DNA of 29,765 nucleotides, from contig PWZW01000071.1 in NCBI GenBank assembly GCA_003567255.1, forward strand, positions 1-29,765, written 5' to 3'. The position numbers and the translations under genes were made by a program. This document shows positions 1 to 10,021 of this stretch, one piece after another; the stretch's first letter is position 1; each line of letters starts with the position of its first letter. The stretch is from Puniceicoccaceae bacterium (lineage in GTDB: Bacteria; Verrucomicrobiota; Verrucomicrobiia; Opitutales; Coraliomargaritaceae). The notes below the pieces were generated by a model. It saw only the letters and a program-made list of their open reading frames with translations. It was not told the DNA's origin and ran no database searches.

Positions 1-49
1 ATGACATTGCTGTGGACATAGGGCCGTAAGGCAGTTTTGTTTTGAGGTC

Positions 50-1114
50 ATGAATGTGCAGCGGGCAGCTATGGGCATGTTGGTCCTGATACTCACCTTT
101 TTTATTCTTTGGTGGGGCAAAACCATGCTGATTCCGCTCGTGATCGCGGCGGCGATCCTATTTTTGATCAACATCCTAAGCCACACGATCCGTGCGGTGA
201 AAATCAAGGGCCGCCGGCTTCCTGAGGTGGTTTCCTTTCTTTTGGGTTTGGTGGTGATCATTTTTGGGATTTCGATGATCGTGAACATCTTCGTCAAAAA
301 TATCGACCAGGTGCTCCAGGCGGCCCCCCGCTACGAGCGCAATCTGGAGGCCCTTTTGATCCAAAGCTCCGTGGTGCTGGGACTTGAGGAAGTCCCCAAT
401 ATCCGAGAGATGATCGCGCAAATCAATTTTCGCCCTTTCCTCTTTAATCTCGGGCAAACCGTAACTTCGCTCCTTGGCAATGCGGTGATCATCATTGTCT
501 TTCTCATCTTCCTGATCATTGAGCAGCGCATGTTGCGGCTCAAAATCGAGCAGCTCTTTCCGAAGAAATCCGAGCAGGACGATACGTTTGCGCTGATTTC
601 CCGTATCCGGAAAGACATCCGTACCTACCTGGGGATTAAGGTGCTCACCAGTATGATCACGGCTTTGTTGAGCTTTGCGGTTTTGCGCTTCGTCGGGGTC
701 GATTTTGCCGGGTTTTGGGCGCTTTTGATCTTTTTCCTCAATTTCATTCCGACCCTGGGCTCGATCGTTGCCACGATTTTTCCCTCGGTTTTGGCGCTGG
801 TGCAGTTTGATACCTTTGGACCGTTTATAGGCACCGTCGTTACCTTGACCATTATCCAAGTGTGCATTGGCAACCTGTTGGAGCCGCGACTTATGGGGAC
901 CTCCCTGAATATCAGTCCGATTGTGATTCTTCTATCGCTTGGGCTTTGGGGACAAATCTGGGGGATTCCAGGGATGTTTCTCTGCGTACCGATCACGGCG
1001 ATCATCATCATTATCTTCTCCTATTTCCCCTCGACCCGTCCTTTTGCGATTTTACTCTCCGGAAACGGAGACATCACCAAAAGTCCGAAACGTGAAAGGG
1101 CCCTCATTCCCTAA
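50..1114 (+). CDS. AI-2E family transporter (354 aa)
   Basis: Polytopic hydrophobic protein with the family-typical C-terminal motifs 'FLNFIPTLGS', 'IGNLLEPRLMGTSLNISP' and 'WGQIWGIPGMFLCVPITA'. Confidence 0.9.
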   Translation: MNVQRAAMGMLVLILTFFILWWGKTMLIPLVIAAAILFLINILSHTIRAVKIKGRRLPEVVSFLLGLVVIIFGISMIVNIFVKNIDQVLQAAPRYERNLEALLIQSSVVLGLEEVPNIREMIAQINFRPFLFNLGQTVTSLLGNAVIIIVFLIFLIIEQRMLRLKIEQLFPKKSEQDDTFALISRIRKDIRTYLGIKVLTSMITALLSFAVLRFVGVDFAGFWALLIFFLNFIPTLGSIVATIFPSVLALVQFDTFGPFIGTVVTLTIIQVCIGNLLEPRLMGTSLNISPIVILLSLGLWGQIWGIPGMFLCVPITAIIIIIFSYFPSTRPFAILLSGNGDITKSPKRERALIP

Positions 1115-1165
1115 CAACCTAAGCACCCCAGCCTTACTCAGGCAGTTCATCCCCTTCCCAACCAA

Positions 1166-2587
1166 ATGACCATGCGCTTAAACAAACGCCTCCTCCCGCT
1201 CACGCTATGTGCCCTCCCTTTTTCAATGCTAGCCAGCGAGCTTTCCCTGACCATTTACAACGAGGACTTCGCACTGGTTCGTGAGCGCTTCGACCTGACG
1301 CTTGAGTCCGGCGAGCAAACCGTTGACTTTACCGGGATGACCCGAACCTTGGAGCCCGCTTCAGTGGTGCTGCGGGCTCGTGGTCAGGAAACGCCGTTCC
1401 GGATTATCGAGCAAAGCTACCGGGCTGACCCGATCACCGAGGCAAGTGCGCTTGCTTACTTTGAGGGAGAAACCATTCGTTTTGAACTTTCCCATCATGG
1501 TCAGGGCGCACCTCAGTATGTGGATGGCAGGATCATACGCGCGGGTGAGGGACGGAGTGAGGGGCCGGTGATTGAGGTGAATGGCGAGCTTCGCTTTGGG
1601 CTGCCGGGAAAACCGCTTTTCCCGAGCTTTGGCGATGACAGCATCCTCACCCCTACCCTGACCTGGAAAATCCATAGTGAGGTTGCCGAGGCACTTCCGG
1701 TCGAACTCAGCTACCTCACCGGAGAGCTCAGTTGGAAAGCCGATTATAATTTTGTCTCCACGGGGGACGGCGATGCGGTCGAATTGATTGGTTGGGTGAC
1801 CGCGACTAACCGTAGCGGTCGGGTTTATGAGGATGCCCAGCTCAAACTGCTGGCCGGCTCAGTTAATCGGGTAAGTTCACGGGAGGCTATGGCGTACAGC
1901 TCAATGGTTATGGCTAGGGACAGTGCGGCCCCACCCGTAAGCGGAGAAGCTTTTGACGCGTTCCACCTCTACACTATCGCTGAGCCAACCACCCTGCGGG
2001 ATCAAGAAACCAAACAGGTCGAGTTTCTCCGGGCCAGCGGCGTGCAAGCGCCCCGCATCTACCGGGCGGTCTCCCAGCATCATCGCCGGGCGAACGCGAC
2101 GGACGGTTCCATCGGCGCCGCAACGCAATCCCTCCCCGTCCAAACCTTGGTCACTTTTGAAAATAGCGAGGCAAACCAACTCGGTACCGCCCTCCCCGCT
2201 GGTGTTGCCCGTTTTTACCGCGAGGGGCGCGATGGCGACCTCGAATTTGTCGGGGAGAACCGGATCAATCATACCCCTCGGGATGAGACGGTGACCCTCC
2301 AACTGGGCGAGGCCTTTGATCTGGTGGCGGAACGTCGGCAAACTCATTTTCGGCACGACAGCCAGCGCAACCGTATCACCGAAACGATTGAAATTACCCT
2401 CCGGAATCAAAGTGATGAAAACGTCACGATTGAAGTCATTGAGCATCTGTTTCGCTTTGCCGGTTGGGAAATTCGCTCAAGTTCAGCGTCCTTTGAGGAA
2501 GTCGATAGCCGGACCATCCGGTTTCCAACCGAGGTCGCCAGTCGCGGCGAAGCGACGCTGAGCTACACTGTTGAGTATAACTGGTAG
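1166..2587 (+). CDS. DUF4139 domain-containing exported protein (473 aa)
   Basis: Signal-peptide-like N-terminus (NKRLLPLTLCALPFSMLA-S). Motifs 'LTIYNEDFALVRE', 'LSYLTGELSWKADY', 'LPAGVARFY' and 'FVGENRINHTP' match my recollection of DUF4139 proteins. Confidence 0.8.
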   Translation: MTMRLNKRLLPLTLCALPFSMLASELSLTIYNEDFALVRERFDLTLESGEQTVDFTGMTRTLEPASVVLRARGQETPFRIIEQSYRADPITEASALAYFEGETIRFELSHHGQGAPQYVDGRIIRAGEGRSEGPVIEVNGELRFGLPGKPLFPSFGDDSILTPTLTWKIHSEVAEALPVELSYLTGELSWKADYNFVSTGDGDAVELIGWVTATNRSGRVYEDAQLKLLAGSVNRVSSREAMAYSSMVMARDSAAPPVSGEAFDAFHLYTIAEPTTLRDQETKQVEFLRASGVQAPRIYRAVSQHHRRANATDGSIGAATQSLPVQTLVTFENSEANQLGTALPAGVARFYREGRDGDLEFVGENRINHTPRDETVTLQLGEAFDLVAERRQTHFRHDSQRNRITETIEITLRNQSDENVTIEVIEHLFRFAGWEIRSSSASFEEVDSRTIRFPTEVASRGEATLSYTVEYNW

Positions 2588-2605
2588 CCTAACCGATTTA
2601 AATTT

Positions 2606-3400
2606 ATGCAGGCTTATTTGAACTTACTTCGCCACGTCCTGGAGGAAGGCACCTATCGGGACGATCGTACTGGTACGGGTACCTATTCAGTTTTTGGCGC
2701 TCAGGCACGGTTTCCCCTGGGGGAGCACTTCCCGCTGCTCACCACCAAAAAACTGCACCTCCGCTCCATCATCCATGAGTTACTATGGTTTCTCAAAGGC
2801 GAGACCAACATCGCTTACCTCAAGGAAAACAAGGTATCCATCTGGGATGAATGGGCCGATGATAACGGCGACTTGGGAAGGGTTTACGGCGCACAGTGGA
2901 GGGCCTGGCAAAAACCGGATGGTAGTCACGTCGACCAAATTCACGGGCTTATCCGCTCCCTCAAGGAAAATCCAGACAGCCGCCGACACCTCGTCTGCGC
3001 TTGGAATCCCGGAGAAATCGAGCAAATGGCGCTGCCCCCCTGCCATGCCTTATTTCAGTTTTACGTGGCGAATGGAAAACTCAGTTGCCAACTGTATCAA
3101 AGAAGTGCCGACATTTTTCTTGGCGTGCCCTTCAACATCGCTTCCTACGCCCTGCTCACCATGATGATCGCGCAGGTGTGCGACCTGGAGGCGCACGAAT
3201 TTGTCCATACCTTTGGTGATTTGCATTTGTATGCGAATCACTTGGAGCAGGCAAAAACCCAACTTAATCGGGAGCCACGCACCCCCCCAAAGATGCAACT
3301 CAATCCAGCAGTTAAGCACATCGATGATTTCAGTTTCGAGGACTTTACCCTGAGCGAATACCATCCGCACCCTGCGATCAAAGCCCCGATCGCCGTCTAG
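2606..3400 (+). CDS. thyA: Thymidylate synthase
   Basis: 264 aa with 'DDRTGTGT', the catalytic 'MALPPCH', '[18 protein letters not shown]' and C-terminal 'IKAPIAV'. Confidence 0.98.
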   Translation: MQAYLNLLRHVLEEGTYRDDRTGTGTYSVFGAQARFPLGEHFPLLTTKKLHLRSIIHELLWFLKGETNIAYLKENKVSIWDEWADDNGDLGRVYGAQWRAWQKPDGSHVDQIHGLIRSLKENPDSRRHLVCAWNPGEIEQMALPPCHALFQFYVANGKLSCQLYQRSADIFLGVPFNIASYALLTMMIAQVCDLEAHEFVHTFGDLHLYANHLEQAKTQLNREPRTPPKMQLNPAVKHIDDFSFEDFTLSEYHPHPAIKAPIAV

Positions 3401-3575
3401 GAGTGGGAACTGTATTCAGATGGCGGAGGACAGGCTTAGCGCAGCTATATTTTAATGAGTCGTCCCAAGTTGCGGCGTGTGCCTGCGGCGACCTTGCGGT
3501 GTCAGCAAGCGTGGTAGCGCCGTCGGAACACAAGTCTGCACAAATAGAAAAGCATGGGCTATGATCCGCGCTGAA

Positions 3576-6500
3576 TCACCTCAGTTCAAAGCGGACACCC
3601 AAGTCTTCAGAAGACGCCGCTTCGCTAATTTGCTCAGCTCGCGTGAGGCGTTCCGGATCGAGCACACCGGAGCGGAGAAAGCGCTCCTCAACAACCGCGA
3701 GTCGCTCCGCAGCCAACTGCTCCAAGGCTTCCGGTGTGACCTCCACTGCGGCCAGCAGTAAGGTACGCGCTTCCCTTGGATTAACCAGTGGCTTCGTTGA
3801 TCCGGCTTCAGTAGCACTTTCGTTGCTAGCCTCCGATGCCGCGGCGGCAGTCCGCTCGCGGAAAATTTCAAAAGCGTCGCTTGAGACAAACTTGACCGCC
3901 AGTGCTTCCAAATTCGGCACCCCATCAATGCCTTCCCAACCAAGGGTTTCCAAGGCAGACGCAGCCTGTTCCGCCGCTTCGGACGCTTCCTCCGCAATCC
4001 TGGAAAGCGCCTCCTTTAAGCCGAGCTCCTGCAGGGCGACGGTATCCAAGGCCTCATTACCGGTGGCGATCAGTTCGAGAGAAAGTTGTGGGCGCTCAAA
4101 AAGGGCGTCCGTGAGCACATCAATCACCTGCTCCGCCTCGGCGTCGAGCGTGGCACTCCCGGGCGCAAAGACAGCTATCTCGAGGTTCTGATCCTCCGCA
4201 CCAAGCATGCTCCCCAAAAAGGCAAAGGGCCGCGAGGCGACGTTTACAATGATGCGCACGATGGCTTGAACCACCAGCGAGCGCACGTCTGTTTCGGGAT
4301 CGGAAAAGTCCCCGCCGACCGCTATGCGGCGGAGGGCAATGGCATCGTTTCGGTCCTTGAGTAAGGAAATACCCAAATGAATTGGGGCCGGAATGCTGGC
4401 CTGTCCGGTGGACTCGCGGGAGAGGTTAAAGCGGTTTAAACTCAGGTCCGTTCGGGTTTCAAAGCGCGTTCCGTCGAGCTCAAAATCGGTCGTCGAGCTG
4501 AGCGAACCCGAAAGGATCGGGTATCCTATTGCGTTGCCCGCGTAGGTTGAGGTGGGCAGTAGGCCAAGCGAAGTGATGGAGATCGCCAGCGAAGCACCGG
4601 GCTGGTCAAAGCGTGGAGTCAGGCTCCCCGTCAATTCAATCGTCCCCCCGGTATCCGCCCGCGCGCGAAAATTGAGGGCGGTGGCTTCAGTGGAATCCAG
4701 TTCGAGTTTGGTTAACTCCAAGGTCATGCCTCGCAGTCCAAACTCCGTCGCTGGCTCAAGGAAATTTTCGACAAACTTAAATTGGCCATCAGTTATTTGG
4801 ATCGCTCCGATAGTGATGCGGGGCCGCGGGCTTTCCTTAGCTGTGGACGCTCCATCGGCGGCCTCCGAATCAGTGGCCTCGTCCCTTTTGGCCAGTAAGC
4901 GCTGGAGATTGAGCTGCCCATCCGCCTCGCGAACAATCAGCGTCGATGGTGTGGTGAGCCTTAACTCGCCCACCGTCAACTCCAGCGGATCGAGTTCGAA
5001 ACGAATGTCACTAAGGCTGAGGCTTTCCGCACTCACCATCGGCTCCGCCTCACCCGCTTCCCCGAGGGCTACGTTTGCCAGGCGCAGCGAGCCAGAGAGG
5101 TTTGCCATCAGGGCGGAATCACGCAAAGCGCCCTGTCCGGCAAAGTTTGTGGACAGGTTTCCAGAGGTCAGCTCGAGCGACAAAGCGGGGGCAAGGGATC
5201 GGGCGAACGGAGGTAAGCTCAACCCACTCACCTCCCCTTCCATTTCGACCGCATCAAAGGCGCTGGAGATCGCCGCAGCCAAAGCAAAAGAACCTCCTTC
5301 ACCGCTGACCCGTCCACTGCTTTCCAGGCGGATCGGGGCAGCGTCGTGATTGCTGAGGTTTGCGCCGCTCAACTTGAGATCGGTGAATGTGATCACTTGA
5401 TTGACGTCCGCAAAGTCATCCTGAAAACGGAGCGATTCCAAGGTGAAGTCAGCGGTATCCAATGAAATCTTCCAGGCCGCTTCAAGGGCTTCCTGGACAA
5501 GGCGTAAAGCGGCTTCAAGGGAAGGCTCGGGTAAGCTCGTCGGCGACCCTTCATCCGGTGCGCTCGCCCGACCCTCCGGCGCTTCGAAAAGCCCCTGGAA
5601 ATTAAAATCACCCGTCGCCTCCCGACGGACCCGCACTTCACTGATGACGACCTCAAGACCCTCCGCGTTGACCCGTTGTCTCGGCAGGTCCACCGAGAGT
5701 CCCTGGAGGCCAAGGTAAGGCATTGTGAAAAAAGTCTCGTGCCCGGACGTCTCTCCGGTCGCCAACACCAGGTCCTGCAAATCAAAGTTAAGTGCACGGA
5801 TTTCCATCTGGGCGGGATCTGCCAAGGGCGCAAAATCGTAAGCGAAGCTAACTCCGGCCACACCCGAAATGAGCTCAAAGTTCAAAACGTCTCGCAGGTA
5901 ATTTTGGAAGCGTCCCGGCTCAAGTCCGGTCAAACTGACCTCTGCGGCGGATCTGAGGGGAAAAAGCGCGAAAAACCCCCGCCAGGTAAATTCGGTTCCC
6001 GCTTCGGTCCGGGCGACAAATTCGTAAGGGGTTTGCGCCTCGGGGTCGGTGTGAAACCCGTCAATCCGAAATCCGAGGGCAGCGATTTCGTAGTGAAATG
6101 GCTCTGCCAAACGCAGGTCGGAAAATTGGCTCAGTCCATCGTCCACGGTCATGACTTCAATCCAGACGGGAAAGCGCTGCGTGAGGGCTTCGAAGGCCTC
6201 AAAACCCTCGGGAGCATCTTCGTCGGTGAACCGTTCGTCGGACTCGAGCTCCGCTGGTGGCATGGTCGGGGTGAGCGCACGCGTAAGATTCAGGGAGCCC
6301 CCGGGGTCGACCTCGATCCGGATGCGCGGATTATGCAAACGGATCTCCTCAAAGACGAGGCCCCGCCGCCAAAGCGAGGCAAACGGTCTGAAATTCACCA
6401 CCGCGCTTTGCAGTCCGAGCACTTCCCCAGCGTTTTCCGAATCCAGAACTTTAAAATCGTTTAGCTCAACGCGAAAAGTAAACGGATTAAACTTGAGTTC

Positions 6501-6665
6501 ATCGAGTAGAAAGGTCCCGACAAAGCCATCGCTTACTTTACTGAGCACGGGGCCCCTCAGTAGTGCCGGAAGGGCAAAAAAACCGAAGAGCGTGTACAGG
6601 GCCAGTGCACCCAAGGCGCAAAAAGCAAGGTTTCGTTTCCAAAGGCGGAGCATACGCAATTTCAT
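3576..6665 (-). CDS. DUF748 / AsmA-like envelope protein with C-terminal OmpA-like region (1029 aa)
   Basis: Single N-terminal TM (YTLFGFFALPALLR), then 'FNPFT' and repeated beta-rich modules. 'LGISLLKDRNDAI...GGDFSDP' and 'FAPGSATLD...RPQLSLEL' (OmpA-like) lie near the C-terminus. Confidence 0.8.
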   Translation of the reverse strand: MKLRMLRLWKRNLAFCALGALALYTLFGFFALPALLRGPVLSKVSDGFVGTFLLDELKFNPFTFRVELNDFKVLDSENAGEVLGLQSAVVNFRPFASLWRRGLVFEEIRLHNPRIRIEVDPGGSLNLTRALTPTMPPAELESDERFTDEDAPEGFEAFEALTQRFPVWIEVMTVDDGLSQFSDLRLAEPFHYEIAALGFRIDGFHTDPEAQTPYEFVARTEAGTEFTWRGFFALFPLRSAAEVSLTGLEPGRFQNYLRDVLNFELISGVAGVSFAYDFAPLADPAQMEIRALNFDLQDLVLATGETSGHETFFTMPYLGLQGLSVDLPRQRVNAEGLEVVISEVRVRREATGDFNFQGLFEAPEGRASAPDEGSPTSLPEPSLEAALRLVQEALEAAWKISLDTADFTLESLRFQDDFADVNQVITFTDLKLSGANLSNHDAAPIRLESSGRVSGEGGSFALAAAISSAFDAVEMEGEVSGLSLPPFARSLAPALSLELTSGNLSTNFAGQGALRDSALMANLSGSLRLANVALGEAGEAEPMVSAESLSLSDIRFELDPLELTVGELRLTTPSTLIVREADGQLNLQRLLAKRDEATDSEAADGASTAKESPRPRITIGAIQITDGQFKFVENFLEPATEFGLRGMTLELTKLELDSTEATALNFRARADTGGTIELTGSLTPRFDQPGASLAISITSLGLLPTSTYAGNAIGYPILSGSLSSTTDFELDGTRFETRTDLSLNRFNLSRESTGQASIPAPIHLGISLLKDRNDAIALRRIAVGGDFSDPETDVRSLVVQAIVRIIVNVASRPFAFLGSMLGAEDQNLEIAVFAPGSATLDAEAEQVIDVLTDALFERPQLSLELIATGNEALDTVALQELGLKEALSRIAEEASEAAEQAASALETLGWEGIDGVPNLEALAVKFVSSDAFEIFRERTAAAASEASNESATEAGSTKPLVNPREARTLLLAAVEVTPEALEQLAAERLAVVEERFLRSGVLDPERLTRAEQISEAASSEDLGVRFELR

Positions 6666-6728
6666 GGTGACTCAGGTAGATGGGTGAAGGTAGAGGTGCA
6701 CCCTATACAGATGCGGTGGGAAGTCCGT

Positions 6729-6758
6729 AAAATATGGATTTAGAATGGAGATTTTCAA
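6729..6758 (-). promoter_or_regulatory. Possible sigma70-type promoter for the DUF748 gene (TTGAAA-N18-TATTTT)
   Basis: Minus-strand hexamers at 6758-6753 and 6734-6729, about 65 nt upstream of the ATG. Consensus match only. Confidence 0.25.
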
Positions 6759-6778
6759 CTATGTGCGCGGTGACATGA

Positions 6779-6797
6779 GCAAGGCTGCACACCTTGC
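6779..6797 (-). terminator. Hairpin immediately after the O-antigen-ligase-family stop codon
   Basis: GCAAGG-N7-CCTTGC perfect 6-bp stem abutting the stop. No strong U-tract follows. Confidence 0.3.
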
Positions 6798-9155
6798 TTA
6801 CTCAAGTTTTTTTAAGTACGCACGCGCCGCACTGAGACCGCCCTCCTGGTCGCCGAGCGCGTACATCGCGTGAAAGCGCAAAAGGTAAAATTCCGCAGGA
6901 GGGTCATTGGCCTCTGCGAAGCGATTGCCCACCCGCCGAACGGCTTCCCAATTGCCGTTGGCCGACAGGAGTCGAATGAGGTGCATGCCCATGACCAGGT
7001 TATCCGGTTGCTGAAGGAAACTGGCCTGTAAACTGCGCAAGTCCGCCGAACCGCTTAAGTAAGTCGAATCCTCCCTGACGCCCGCGGTAAGGATGCTGAC
7101 CGAAGGCACCGCGCGCCGAAACCATTCCACCGCCTCCCCTTCCTCGCCCATTTCGGCCAGGGCGAGCACCCGCTCTTGCCAAAACGCATCGATCTCGCCG
7201 GACGCATCCGCCTGCTTTACAAGCGCGAGCGTGCGGGTGAATAGCTGAAAACGGTTTAAACGGCGCAAAAGGAGCTGGCGGCCCTCCGGGCGAAGTTTTT
7301 CCCAGTCTGCTCGAAAAGCGTCCGCTCCACTCCCCTCCGCTTCCAGAAAATATTCTCTGGGCGCAAATTCCCAGAAAGCCTGTAGCCATTGGCTATTTTC
7401 TTTTCCGAGCAAATGCAGGCGACGGGAAAAGCCCGGGTTGCCCCGGGTCAGCCGCATCACACGACGAAAAATGTTCCGGGGATCAGGTGAGCGCTGGAGG
7501 GCGGTACGAAAGGCAGCTAAGGCAGGGCCGGGGGCATGTGGAAAAAGTGCGAGCCCCTCGACGAGTGGAACTTCCGGGTCCATTTTTGCGAGAAACCGTG
7601 CCCTTCGAAAGTAGGCGCGAGCCGCTGTTGGATCTTCGGCAACCAGGTGCAAGCCATGCCGTAAGTGGGGCTCCCACTCCAGCGGATAAGTCGCAGAAGG
7701 GGTGGAAAGGCTCCGGGCTGTATCCGGGGAAGGCAGCCACTGCCTGTGAAACGCCAAACTCAAAGCGATACAGGCAAGACAAACGGTTAGGTACCCTGCC
7801 CGCACGAAGTAACGGAGGGCGGGACGTGCATCAGGAGGAGCATGGTTGCCGCCATGCTCCTCCGCCAGCTCTTTGCGACCGCCAGCCTCCGCTAAGCGGC
7901 ACAAAAACAAAGCAAGAAAAACGGTCCCTATGCGGTGCGCTGAAACATCAACCAAAAGGTGCCAGAGAAAGGGGAGCAGCGCGGCAAAGGCGACGCCGGG
8001 AAAGGCTATCGACTGTTTTGGTGGGGCCATTGCCGGCCTGAAGCGCCAAATGAAGAAGCCAAGCACACCAAGCAAGAGCAGGGTTGCTGGCACGCCCCAC
8101 TCCGCTGCCCACCATAAGAGATCACTCTCGGGGTGGATCACCCCCACGGTTGATTGCGAGGCGTCGCGATACTGCTCAAAAACGTAGGGGAAATTGCCTG
8201 GTCCCAATCCGAGCCAAAAATGATCCCTAATCAGCCGCCAACTGTCTTGGTAAATCGCCATGCGAAAGTCCCCGGTGACCACGGTTTTCTCCTCCATTAC
8301 CGGACCTTGCACGGTGATTCCGATTTGCTCGAAAACCCGGTCACGCGTGACACCTCCGAATAGAAGAAAGCCGACCAAGAGCGTGCAGATTACCGCGGGA
8401 AAGAGGCGAATAAACAACCCCCGGCGTCCCGTTTGCCGAATTCGGAAAACGGCTAAAAAACAGATGCCCAGCGCAGCGCCGATGGCGGCGCCGCGGGAAC
8501 TGGTCATAAACATGGCAGCCGCAGGAACGAAGCTGCCCAGCCCATAATAAAGCCGCCCCGCCCAAGAGGTGCGGCCGGAAGTCGCGATACCCAACCACAG
8601 CACAAATCCAGACGCTGCAACGATGCCCGTTTGATTCCGATTGGGAAACCATGAGGTCATGTGCACCTGCTGAGACCAGGGTGGACGCCAGCCCAACGCG
8701 TTGAGCACCAAAGCACTAAGGCAGAAGAGAAAAATAAGCGCAGCCAGCCCGCGGATCAGCGAACGCATCTCCCCAACGGTCCATTGCAAGGATTGCAGAC
8801 GCAGCCACCACAACAAAACGGGCACCAAGGCAAACAGCGCGATCAAGCTGGCAAGCGGTTGAGGATTGGCGCCAGTCCAAAGATCAAGGCCCAGATTAAG
8901 CGCGGTTTGTCGCCAGGCGGTTTCCGAAGGTGCCGCTAAAAAGCCGCCGAGGAAAACAACCAGGCCGGCGAGTATTCCAAGGGTCAGCCATAACCACTTC
9001 CGTGGGCTCAACGGCGTACCGGGTATGGTCAGGAGCCAAGCTGCCAGGACCGCCGCAAGGATAGCCGCCGCGAGCGGATGTGTGCCGATCCCGAGAAAAA
9101 GAACCAGGCCGAGCAAAAGAAGGAGCAAAAGCTCTGCGGCAGAGAGGGTGCGCAT
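6798..9155 (-). CDS. O-antigen ligase (Wzy_C)-family membrane protein with long helical, TPR-like C-terminal domain
   Basis: Many TM segments with 'FPNRNQTG', 'TSSRGA', 'FRMAIYQDSWRLIRDHFWLGLGPGNFPYVF' and 'HPESDLL', followed by about 300 aa of soluble helical sequence. ATG is at 9155; an in-frame TTG at 9158 precedes it. Confidence 0.8.
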   Translation of the reverse strand: MRTLSAAELLLLLLLGLVLFLGIGTHPLAAAILAAVLAAWLLTIPGTPLSPRKWLWLTLGILAGLVVFLGGFLAAPSETAWRQTALNLGLDLWTGANPQPLASLIALFALVPVLLWWLRLQSLQWTVGEMRSLIRGLAALIFLFCLSALVLNALGWRPPWSQQVHMTSWFPNRNQTGIVAASGFVLWLGIATSGRTSWAGRLYYGLGSFVPAAAMFMTSSRGAAIGAALGICFLAVFRIRQTGRRGLFIRLFPAVICTLLVGFLLFGGVTRDRVFEQIGITVQGPVMEEKTVVTGDFRMAIYQDSWRLIRDHFWLGLGPGNFPYVFEQYRDASQSTVGVIHPESDLLWWAAEWGVPATLLLLGVLGFFIWRFRPAMAPPKQSIAFPGVAFAALLPFLWHLLVDVSAHRIGTVFLALFLCRLAEAGGRKELAEEHGGNHAPPDARPALRYFVRAGYLTVCLACIALSLAFHRQWLPSPDTARSLSTPSATYPLEWEPHLRHGLHLVAEDPTAARAYFRRARFLAKMDPEVPLVEGLALFPHAPGPALAAFRTALQRSPDPRNIFRRVMRLTRGNPGFSRRLHLLGKENSQWLQAFWEFAPREYFLEAEGSGADAFRADWEKLRPEGRQLLLRRLNRFQLFTRTLALVKQADASGEIDAFWQERVLALAEMGEEGEAVEWFRRAVPSVSILTAGVREDSTYLSGSADLRSLQASFLQQPDNLVMGMHLIRLLSANGNWEAVRRVGNRFAEANDPPAEFYLLRFHAMYALGDQEGGLSAARAYLKKLE

Positions 9156-9347
9156 CAAGATAAACGGCTATGAGCTCTACCGGGAAAGGGCAAGCTCAGG
9201 CTTAAACCATACCCTAAGGACCATGACGGCAGGGACCAAATCACAGGGGAAGGCATCCTCAAACCCCCAAACATAAATTGAATACACAACAAACCCCAGA
9301 AAAAGGCTTGATTCGGCCAGAGAACCTGTTTCTCTCTTCGGTTTTTC

Positions 9348-9665
9348 ATGAAAGCCACGATCAAAACACAAGGCCGCCAGTTTACTGTATCTGAAGGGGA
9401 CATATTGAAGCTCAATCGCTTCCCTGAGACAGAGACTGGGTCATCTATCGATATTTCCGAAGTCCTCATGGTTACCGCCGAGGGTGCGGATGCCCGCATC
9501 GGGACACCCTTTGTAGAGGGTGCTTCCGTTAAGCTGACCGTACTCGAAAACAAGCAGGACAAGAAGGTAATCGTTTTCAAAAAGAAGCGCCGCCAAGGCT
9601 ACAAACGCCGCCGCGGGCACCGTCAACAACTCTCGGTCATCAAGGTCGAGTCCATTTCCGCATAA
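9348..9665 (+). CDS. rplU: 50S ribosomal protein L21
   Basis: '[18 protein letters not shown]...[21 protein letters not shown]'. Confidence 0.98.
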   Translation: MKATIKTQGRQFTVSEGDILKLNRFPETETGSSIDISEVLMVTAEGADARIGTPFVEGASVKLTVLENKQDKKVIVFKKKRRQGYKRRRGHRQQLSVIKVESISA

Positions 9666-9680
9666 AAAGAAAGCTGAACC

Positions 9681-9926
9681 ATGGCACATAAAAAAGGACA
9701 GGGAACTTCCCGTAACGGACGCGACAGCAATGCAAAGCGTCTCGGCGTTAAAAAATTCGGAGGCCAGACAGTCGTTTCTGGTAACATCATCGTTCGTCAG
9801 CGCGGTACCCGCTACCACCCGGGCAAAAACGTAGGAATTGGTCGCGACCATACCCTCTTTGCGCTTTCTGACGGTCAGGTCGCTTTCGACAAGCTTCACC
9901 GCAAGGTCAACGTCGTCGAGGCGTAA
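9681..9926 (+). CDS. rpmA: 50S ribosomal protein L27
   Basis: '[29 protein letters not shown]...IIVRQRGT'. It has no N-terminal extension, and there is no prp gene between rplU and rpmA. Confidence 0.99.
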   Translation: MAHKKGQGTSRNGRDSNAKRLGVKKFGGQTVVSGNIIVRQRGTRYHPGKNVGIGRDHTLFALSDGQVAFDKLHRKVNVVEA

Positions 9927-9950
9927 GCGATTTAAAGTCGACACCTTTCC

Positions 9951-9989
9951 AAAACCCGCCTTTTAACTAAGCGCGGGTTTTTTATTTTT
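9951..9989 (+). terminator. Rho-independent terminator of rplU-rpmA (probably bidirectional)
   Basis: AAAACCCGC (9951-9959) pairs with GCGGGTTTT (9973-9981), followed by TTATTTTT. Confidence 0.85.
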
Positions 9990-10021
9990 GAATTCACGGA
10001 CATCCGCCAGCAACACCCTCT

